DNA of 49,034 nt, filler included, from Streblomastix strix (Eukaryota): NCBI GenBank assembly GCA_008636045.1. It is 2 parts of 2 records of this genome, joined end to end, with 100 filler letters (N's around TTAATTAATTAA, not from the genome) between each part and the next. Parts side by side here need not be neighbours in the genome. Positions count along the whole stretch, not along the records: positions 24,577 to 49,034 come from SNRW01000234.1; 1 more part is not named here. One strand, written 5' to 3'. The notes under the pieces are model-generated. The model searched no databases. It saw nothing but the letters and a program-made list of their open reading frames with translations, and was not told where the DNA came from. The translations under genes and the position numbers were made by a program. Shown here in pieces: positions 40,444 to 49,034 of this stretch (positions are counted from its first letter, which is position 1; each line of letters begins with the position of its first letter).

Positions 40444-40659
40444 TTAATATTTTGCCATTTATTGTAATCATTAGTATTCACATAAAATTTTTAGATACTT
40501 TCTTGAATTGTTAATGATTTGCAAATTTGTGTTTCATTGTCTGACTACATTTATGTATTGTTAAAAAGTTAAATTTATTAAAATTAAACAAATTTATTTT
40601 TAAAATAAGTTCATAAATTTTTAAAATTATTTTTTTTTCTTAAACATGTTTATTTTTCT

Positions 40660-40830
40660 CAATTATTTGTCAGTTGACCAGTTGGTCACAGCTTTTATAG
40701 AAGTTTTTGACTCGAAACACTCGGAACACTCAAAAGTCATTCATTACTCTACTCGATTATGCGTGCCAAAATCCTAAACTTTTATATTACAAAACTCACA
40801 TTCATCAAATGTTCAAAAATTCAATTTAGG
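40660..40830 (-). repeat. Iteron-like repeat site, copy B (inverted)
   Basis: Plus strand GACTCGAAACACTCGGAACACTCAAAAGTCATTCA is the reverse complement of the copy A core; flanking similarity (TGGCACG, TTGAACATT) extends to ~170 bp. Confidence 0.8.
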
Positions 40831-41147
40831 CATCATTTTTGGACTCTACGTATCTACATTGTATATAAACATCATTCTCAAGGCAAATCGGAAACATTAA
40901 TGCTTTGAGTTATTTTTTGGCTTTATTTTTTTATAGTCTTTCTATATAGAAATTAAAATATTAAAAATAAAAAAAAAATAACTTTATTTACATGAAATTT
41001 TAAAATCATTTGATAATCAACTATATCCACAATTCATATACGCTGATTCCGAAAATGACCTTTTTAACTCAATCTGAAACTTATTGATTAAGCTCAATTA
41101 TCAGTTATATTTTACGTAAATAATTAATTATTTTTAATGTGATTAAA

Positions 41148-41723
41148 ATGAAGAGTCCAACAATTCCAGAAGTAGAGCCGTAATTCGAAAAAGAAGCTGA
41201 TGCTTAATAAACAGACCCATTTTAGCAACTATTCCAACAACCATTCCAGCAACAGATTATCAGATGTGAAACTCCAACCCTGTCAGCTAGGCGCAGAAGT
41301 TCAATATTTGAAGAAACATTAACTCCAGACCCTTCAATGTGTCGTTGGCTGTTGGATATCATTAGTGAAGACTAGCATATGGTTAAAGAATCAGCGCATT
41401 TCGTATTATCTAAAAATTAATTGATTCCGGTTGTTGCTTACACTTTTGACGTCCCAGAAAGTTAAATTCAATTGAATATAGAGGACGAAGGATGTTGTGG
41501 TAGATTCTGCAACGATTCAACTCAAACATTAAATGAGATATTAATTGGAAACGTAAATATATTAAAGTTGAACATCGAAAAAGTAAATTTATTGAGGGAC
41601 AGCTATAAAATTTGTTTATAAAAAATAAGAAAAATAACAAGTATTTTAGATTTAGGAGAAATAGCAAGCAAAATTATTAATGCTGTCTCAAAAGGATTAA
41701 TGACAGTGTTAAATAAAATTTGA
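41148..41723 (+). CDS. Hypothetical viral-element protein, 191 aa, intact in code 6
   Basis: ATG to TGA with no frame break: MKSPTIPEVEPQ...EDEGCCGRFC...GLMTVLNKI*. Invisible to the standard-code track. Confidence 0.7.
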
Positions 41724-41755
41724 AACCGTAAATTAATTATTTTTATTTTTATAAA

Positions 41756-44542
41756 ATGGACGGAGATTTGCATATGCTTGATGTTGTGTTAAAGCATGAT
41801 TAAGTGCTTTATGGTTCAAGTATGTATAACACTATTGGTTTAATTAACGAAGTAAAAAATATTGAAAATTTAATAAATATAATTAATGAAGCGCCTGAAC
41901 CTTATAATCGTGAAGAAATTGATGAAATATTAGATAAAAATTAAATATTTCCGACTAAATTGATGCATACAATAAAACAGAAGTCGATGCTCTGCAGTTG
42001 TTGAAGGCTGAAAAAACAGAGTTTTTTGATTCATATTCGAAAACTGAAGATGATGAATTGCTTGTATTAAAATTAAATATTTCTGATTTAATTGACGCTT
42101 ATATTAAAGAATAAAAAGATACAATGCTGCATTTGAAGGCTGATGAAGCATAATTAATCGATGTTTACAATAAAACTGAAGCTTAAGCCCTATTCGATGA
42201 CAAATTAAATATATCTGACTAAATTGATGCTTTAACGAAATAAGAAGATGATGCGCTGCTGTTGTTGAAGGCTGAAAAAACAGAATTTGTGTATTATGTT
42301 AAATTAGACTTTGGTTAAATAATTAACAGAACTAAATAGTTCAATATAATAATAGTCGCAAGTGTTTCAAAATAGAGTAAAAATGATGCTTCTATATTAT
42401 TTGCAGGAAGTTGTGATAAGTTAGTAAGTTATTTAGTGAACTAAACTGAATTATAAAAAAATGAGATATAGCAACTAAAAAATCATTAGCATATGTATTC
42501 GATACATAGCCAGATTTAAATGATTGGATGAAATTAAATATAATTTAGCAAAATTAGCGATATGAGATAATTTATGTATTATTGAAAAGTGATTAATTAT
42601 CGGTAGGGAGGATCTGATTTAAAAGTTTTAGAAGCTGAAAAACCTGATATGGCTAATGTCATAACAATTCTTGGAACTGAAACTTGTGAAGATAATGCAA
42701 TAACTGATATATCACTTAGTAATAATAAATTATTACCAGCGAAAAATACTACTTTTATTACCATTGATTTCGACTAAAATATTATAAGTTCAAAATCATT
42801 TACAAGTATTACTCATCCTGTTGGAATTTAAGCTTAAAACTATGATAATTTTAGTGTAATGTTTGCTGGTAGTGGTATAAAAGCAAAATGTGACATAAAC
42901 ACAAGCATCGATTTATCAAATTATTATAATAAATCAAAAACTTATTCATAAACTGAAACCGATTAAAAATTAAATCCAAAATTAAATATTTTTGATTAAG
43001 TTGATGTTTAATCGAAGATTTAAGATGATATTTTGTTGTTATCGAAAGCAGATAAAACAGAGCTAATCGATGCATGCAATAAAACTGAAGTCGATACATT
43101 AATCGACGCAAAATTAAATATTTATGATTAAATTGATTATTACTCGAAGATTTAAGATGAAACATTATTATTATTGAAAGTTTATAAGATATAATTAATT
43201 GATCTGTACATAAAGATAGAAACTAATAATCTGCTAAATAACAAGACATATACTGGAGATTCTTATACTAAAGGAGATGATGATGCACTCTTATTATTGA
43301 AAGCTGATAAGACATAATTGATTGATATTTATACAAAAACACAAACCTATTACCTACTTAATATCAAAGCTAATCAATCAACAACATATTCTAAAACAGA
43401 AATTGATTATTTGATGTCAAAAATTGATGCAAGTGATGTTGATTTGTGCAATTATTACATGAAAACAAAAACAGATGAATTATTAGATGAGAAATTAAGA
43501 ACAACTTATTTGGAAAATTATGTTACTTTGGGTACTTCTTAGACAATAACAGCAAATAAATCTTTCAATAATAGTTGCAGATTTATATGTTCAATTGACA
43601 GAATTTCGACAGTAACTGGTTCATCATTTATCAAATCTGGTTTTGATGATATTGATATATTAAATTGTGTTGGTGGTACTAAACCATTATCTGAATTTGT
43701 AAGTGGCCAAACAGATTTATCAAATTGTTATACAAAAACATAAATTTATTCAAAACAGAAACAGATAATAAATATATAAGATTAGAAGTTTCAATTTAAT
43801 AAAAAATTATTGTTAGATTCAAATATGAAAGTTCATTTGGTGAGACATATGATGAAACATTAGATCTTGTTGCAAAAACTTATTTAACTTAATCAGAAGT
43901 TGATTCAATTATAACGATTTATGTTAATACTAACACAACTTATTTGATAAATGAAACCAAAACATTCAATTCAAACGTTTCAGCATTAGAATACAATAAA
44001 TTAGATAGAGATGGTACATCAGTTCTATAAGCTAGCGATGGTGATATGGAGATTAGTGAAATATAAAATGCAATTGGTTTATCAAATTATATTAAAACAG
44101 TTAATAACTAATCAATAAATGGCATAATGACATTTAATGTAAATGTTAATGTTGCAGGATTTGCTAAAACTGGCAAGGATGATTCATTAGTTCTTCTAGC
44201 TGGTTTTGGAGAAGTATTGTTATCTTTGTTAGGAAGAATAAAAGATTTAACATCATTTGCATTTAATGGTATGAATGGAGCAGTAATATTATATATTTTT
44301 ATTAGAATCGGAAATCTTTATACATTTTCATTACTCGCTAATGGAGGAGCTTATAAAGTAGGAATATTTAACCTGATTACTTAGTTTAAAATGATACAGC
44401 AGTTGCAACATATATTCAATTTCTTAATACTAATAGTGAGAAATGTAATTATAAAATGATAAACCATGCAACAGGATAAATTTCCTGTAAATCAACAACT
44501 AATACATATATTTAATGTGCTTCTACTACATGTATTAAATGA
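41756..44542 (+). pseudogene. Fibre-like repeat protein (YxKxExDxLLxxK repeats), frameshifted
   Basis: Tandem ~21-aa units such as IDAYNKTEVDALQLLKAEK and YTKGDDDALLLLKADK, plus motifs YVTLGTSQTITANKSF and GFAKTGKDDSLVLLAG typical of phage/PLV tail-fibre-like proteins; several frameshifts and TGAs. Confidence 0.7.
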
Positions 44543-44612
44543 AAACAATTAAAAAAATAATTATTCTTCAACATTAATGCTGCCTATAATTTTTTATTTT
44601 TATTGAGTATAA

Positions 44613-46120
44613 ATGTCGAACGTTTATATTGACGAAAGATTGTATGATGCTGCTGGGTTGACTGACTTCCCAGAGTTATACTCGTATATCAAAGAACGTT
44701 ATAAAAAGACATTCAAGCAACTACCATATCTAGTTCCAATTGCAGAATAAACATTAAAAGAACAAACGAAAATAATTATGATATATTCAATAATGCAAAC
44801 GAAGTGTTCGTGCCACCAGTACGGAATGAAATATCGAAATTTGATTTAAGTTTATTATTAGAACAATAAGGATTTTTTTAATACTAAGGGGATCAAATCC
44901 ATAATTAATCGTTTATTTCGATAGATTTACATTAACTATATCATAAGCAACAATAGGATTATTTCAAAATGGTTATTTATTCAATAATTATATTGAAGAA
45001 GCGACACCAAAAACAGGTGATAAAGTGATTTCATTAGTTAGGACAGATGCTTCGAATACATATGTTATATTTTATAACATTGATTAGAACGAACAATTAA
45101 TTGCTTGCTCAATAAAAATACTATCATCTACTGCACTTGAAATTAATGTAATTTAATATAAATAATATGAATCTTCGAAAAAAATCAATCATGACGCGAA
45201 TAATGACGAAAAGGTTGATATTATGGATACATGGAATGTAAATTGAAAAAAAATTTTTGCAACACAGTCGCATATATACCTAATAGTGAAAAATAAACTG
45301 AATTAATCTAAGCAGAAGTTTAAGGTTTAAATAAAACAAATTATTTAAATTGTGAAATTAAATTTAATGATGAATTAGCGATATATTATGCAGATAGAGC
45401 AGCATATTTCATTAAAGATGGATCATTAATTTCATATAATTTTGGAGCTAAATTAGTATAACTAATTCATACTAATTCTAAAACATAATACACTTTTAAT
45501 AAATTATTCTCGACAATTAGTAAAAAATTTCTACCTCTAAATATGAAATATTTGTGATTCTAATAAAATATTAAGAATTTTCCGCCATGAATCTATTCAA
45601 AGATATGTATGATAAATCATCAGCTTTTTTGGTAGGTTTTAGTAGAATATTGAATATTAATGACTATGAATTTCATGGAACTTATGTATTTGATAACTAT
45701 ACGAACAGCACAAACACCAACGAGTCAGCACCAAATGAAGCATCAAACGAAGCCGCATCTGATTCATTCATCGATGAAGTAATAATAAAACATGAAAAAT
45801 AATTAGATTCATCACCACAACCACAATATACGATAACAAATGTTTATAATCAGTTTATGATAAATGATTTTTTCCCTTCATCAGCATATAATACGTTCTA
45901 TATCGTTGATGATGGCACTTGCAGAGTATACGTATTCAATTTATATTTCGAATCAAAATGTTTGCAAGGGAGAACATAAGAAGTATGTTGGATAACATAT
46001 TCGATAATACCGACTGATGGTAAAAGTTTGGGCCTCGCTGCAGTTATATATAGAACATAGGGCGGAAGATAGAATAATTTCTCAGTGAATTATATTATTA
46101 AAAATACTTTATTTAAATGA
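44613..46120 (+). pseudogene. Decayed viral-element gene of unknown function
   Basis: MSNVYIDERLYDAAGLTDFPELY... through ...NFSVNYIIKNTLFK* with a few frameshifts; co-oriented with the fibre gene. Confidence 0.55.
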
Positions 46121-46240
46121 TATACTTTTAATTATCATAACTTTTAGAATTAGTACAATAAGATTTAACTGATGTTTTTAAATACTGCACTAGTGGAATG
46201 TATTATTTGTGAAAAATATAACTAAAAATAAATTACATCA

Positions 46241-46375
46241 ATGAAATCTGCGTGATTAGTACGAGAAAACGGTTTGGTTAATGAATGAGTTTTGAGTGTT
46301 CCGAGTGTTCCGAATGTTCCGAGTCAAATGAATTCTATTGAAAATATTAGTCGATGCGACAGTAAGCCGAAACAT
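46241..46375 (+). repeat. Iteron-like repeat site, copy C
   Basis: TGAATGAGTTTTGAGTGTTCCGAGTGTTCCGAATGTTCCGAGTC, one extra 9-mer compared with A; upstream AAATCTGCGTGATTAGTACG matches copy A AAATTTGCGTAATTGGCACG. Confidence 0.8.
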
Positions 46376-46809
46376 AAAAAATAATTAAAATATTTTTATT
46401 ATTAAAATGAATATTAATTTAACTTTTTTCATTGATTTTTTAATTATATTCTTCAACTCTGTTTATTAATAGGCAATTTTTATCATAAATATTTATTATT
46501 TTTTTAATGTATCAAAATTTTATATAAAGTTTTATTTTCCTGAATTTTTATCTGAGACGTAGGTATAATCAAGAAATGAACTAGCAACATCAAAGCCTAT
46601 ACGTATTGTTTATCCAACAGGACTGAAAATTGCAAGTATCGGTTTACTAAATGTTTTTATGAACGGATTATAAACGCTATCATTAACTCATTAAAGACGT
46701 TTTCTTACTTTTTAAATTAATTGCTTTATTTTTGAGAATAGATATGGAGTTGGGAAAAAGTCGCTGTGGTTTACTTTGTAAAACCACTGTTTGAGATTAA
46801 CTTTTTATT

Positions 46810-46815
<6 letters not shown>

Positions 46816-46848
<33 letters not shown>
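46816..46848. repeat. (TA)n microsatellite
   Basis: About 16 TA units. Confidence 0.95.
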
Positions 46849-46852
<4 letters not shown>

Positions 46853-47010
46853 TAGTATAAGAAAACGGGAGATATTGGTGATGGCCAATCTCCGCGTTCT
46901 GGAATAATTTAAAATTTTATATGTTTTAGAGCGGGTATAAAAATATAAAGTCCATAAAAATTTTTTAATTATAGATACGCCGGATATATTAAATATATAT
47001 ATGATATATT

Positions 47011-47410
47011 AGTAGTTAGTATAAATGAAGACCGCCCTAACATATAAAACTAACACCATTTGCCTAGGCCACAAACACGTCAACATTGATGTGAAGGAAT
47101 CATGTAAAATATGTCCTAAATTATTAGGATTCTTGAATGTTGTAAGTTATTGCTTGATATTAATTTTAAAAGATACTTTGAATGCTCAAAATAATTAATT
47201 GAGTTGTAGAGATTGAGGAAATAATTGAATGATTGCATGAATGAGATGCGCTGTTGAAGATGAATGCTAAATCAATATACCTGATTAAAGCTTGGGTTAA
47301 TGATATCAACAATATAAAACATGAATTAATAGGTCAATTTTGTGATTGGTCTTAGAACAAAGTGATGTCATTTTTCTATATGAGTGCGGTCTTCATTTAT
47401 ACTAACTACT
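47011..47410. mobile_element. 400-bp non-coding mini-element with Polinton-type AGTAGT...ACTACT termini
   Basis: Perfect 25-bp TIR AGTAGTTAGTATAAATGAAGACCGC (47011-47035 / 47386-47410); 6-bp flanks TATATT / CACATT. Confidence 0.85.
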
Positions 47411-47560
47411 CACATTAACAAACCCAAATCCAATGATTTGTGTGTTATGCGATTAGCGTGTGAAATTATTTTTGTAATAATCTGTCATCTGCTGATCGTG
47501 ACATCAAATTGTATGTGCAAATGAAATGAGCAAATTAAGATAAATTAATAGGTCAATTAA

Positions 47561-47637
47561 CTGTCACGCTGTCACGGTGTCACGCTTACACCTAAACTCC
47601 TATAGGATAGCTTAGGTGGCAAGTGGGAAGTGGCAAA
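47561..47637 (+). promoter_or_regulatory. Bipartite repeat array upstream of Prim-Pol (candidate origin or binding site)
   Basis: TGTCACG x3 at 8-bp period, spacer AAACTCCTATAGGA, then GTGG(C/G)AA x3; 65-140 bp before the ATG. The function is inferred. Confidence 0.5.
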
Positions 47638-47701
47638 TTTGAGATTGATTGATTCTCTTTGATTTGTTTTGACTCATATTGAGTTTTTATTGAATCCAAA
47701 A

Positions 47702-48787
47702 ATGTCTACAACTTCAACACCAGAATTACGCTCAGAAATCGATTCAAAAGTTAAAGTGATCACATTAACCGAAACACCCAGAAAATATACTCGTAAAAAT
47801 AAAACTAATGATAAAGCTAAAGAGCTAGTTGATTAAATGATTTAAGAATAAGAGAATGAATTGAAAAATGATGAAACTAAATGTATTATAAGTGGAATCG
47901 TTAATGAGTTGGTGGACGCATCACTTGTTAAAGAAACCATAAATGAAACAACAAATGAAACAATAAGTGAACCGTAGATAGAAGTGAAAAATAATTTGTT
48001 CACTGATGAAGTATTTGAAAAAATGATTGATGATGCGGTTAAAAATGATCCTAATTCAAAAACAATTCGTGAAAGAACTTTGGTAGCCATATTTGATGCA
48101 CATAATTATAAGAAATGTAGCAAAGGTAAATTCATTACAGATAGCGATAAAGTTACAGGTAAATTACTTGATATTAATTAGATGGAAGATGATTAGTTAT
48201 GTATTCTTGATTTTGATATTCCACATAACACTGATAAATATAATAAAGAAGCTTATTAAACACACATTATTCATGATTTGCTACCGAAAGATACACCTGT
48301 TTTAATTACTGCTCATGGTGGAGTGCACGCTTATGTGAATAGATATGGTTATCCACTTAAAAGTAATAGGCTAGTTGCATCAAAGAAGATTCCATTTTAA
48401 TTTTTCACAGTTGATGTATTTGCATAAATAGATAAGCATAAGATGTCAGATGGAAAGAAGAATGGAATTAAAGAGAATAGAGTAATGCTACCTGATTCAA
48501 TTATTCATGATGATGATTACGATAAAACTTAAATTGAATATTCTTATCCAGCAGCTCCTGAAGGTTTCTGGGAACGAAGTAATTTGCCTAGTTTATGGGA
48601 TATATTGAATGCATGGAATGTTGATCTAAGATAAGATGATTATGTTAAAGAAGAACGAGTTATTTAAGCTGATGGAACTAGCATTCCAATGAATGAAGAA
48701 TTAATTAATAAAATAGCTGAAGGATTTAAAGGAATTTAGATTCATAATTATGCAACTAAATCAAGTGATGGGTACACCTTGATATGA
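47702..48787 (+). CDS. Prim-Pol (archaeo-eukaryotic primase superfamily) domain protein, 361 aa; probably the N-terminal half of a primase-helicase truncated at ~48770
   Basis: Uninterrupted code-6 ORF with AEP motif I LCILDFD, motif II TAHGGVHAY, motif III VDVF and RVMLPDS. Coding character ends abruptly at GGGTACACC (48770). Confidence 0.85.
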
Positions 48788-49034
48788 TATTATTTTTGGA
48801 GTAGACATTTGTGTATTATATTCTATCTTCATTTATCCTACACAAAATGACTAAAAATAGAGAAAAATTAAGGAAGTTTTATTAATGCTGCTACTATCAC
48901 ATACTATTTTTAGCGACCGACCGACCAACTATCATTTTGGCAATTTTGGGGGGTCTTATCCTGCACACCTGCACAGTTTTCCAAGCTATTGATATTCACT
49001 CTAATTATGAAGGACTGAACAATTCAACAAAAAT

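Larger units (their letters stand above)
37773..40550 (-). pseudogene. D5-like (SF3) primase-helicase of an endogenous virus, degraded and interrupted by a MITE
   Basis: QNPGVKSEVALILQSSQGISKNRFTDVLCELL (eroded Walker A), MNLIMITNNDFPVKIEANDRRY (motif C and arginine finger), acidic tail ending in TGA at 37775-37773. An ATG at 40550 reads through the MITE empty site. No primase DxD/H motifs were found in this copy. Confidence 0.85.

Noticed and set aside
25031..46120. TGA recoding in the viral genes
   Set aside because: In-frame TGAs co-occur with frameshifts and eroded motifs, and intact genes use TGA as stop, so decay explains them.
48770..49034. Named transposon at the window end
   Set aside because: It looks like an element end (GGGTACACC...), but no partner TIR or ORF lies within the window.

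Overview
The window is two eukaryotic contigs joined by an artificial 100-nt spacer (N44-TTAATTAATTAA-N44, 24477-24576). Both use a ciliate-type code: TAA/TAG = Gln and TGA is the only stop. The supplied standard-code ORF track is therefore only fragments. AT-richness, 58-74-nt GT-AG introns and the viral gene set fit an oxymonad such as Streblomastix strix (inference). Contig 1 (1-24476) is almost entirely one minus-strand gene: a 5'-truncated, greatly expanded HYDIN (>=8,090 codons) whose terminal exon appears to be ~23.5 kb. Contig 2 (24577-49034) holds two host genes, an intact acetyl-CoA acetyltransferase and a damaged START-domain gene, among decayed endogenous Polinton-like virus genes and at least six small TIR elements. 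The viral genes include a putative major capsid, penton, KilA-N, A32-type ATPase, D5/SF3 helicase, Prim-Pol and a fibre-like repeat protein. Most notable are (i) three alternately oriented copies of an iteron-like site (GAGTGTTCC repeats) bracketing a replication module and a fibre module, with a differently sequenced but similarly built array upstream of a second primase, and (ii) 265-bp and 400-bp non-coding mini-elements with Polinton-type AGTAGT termini. Viral family calls come from manual translation and recalled family motifs, not database searches.
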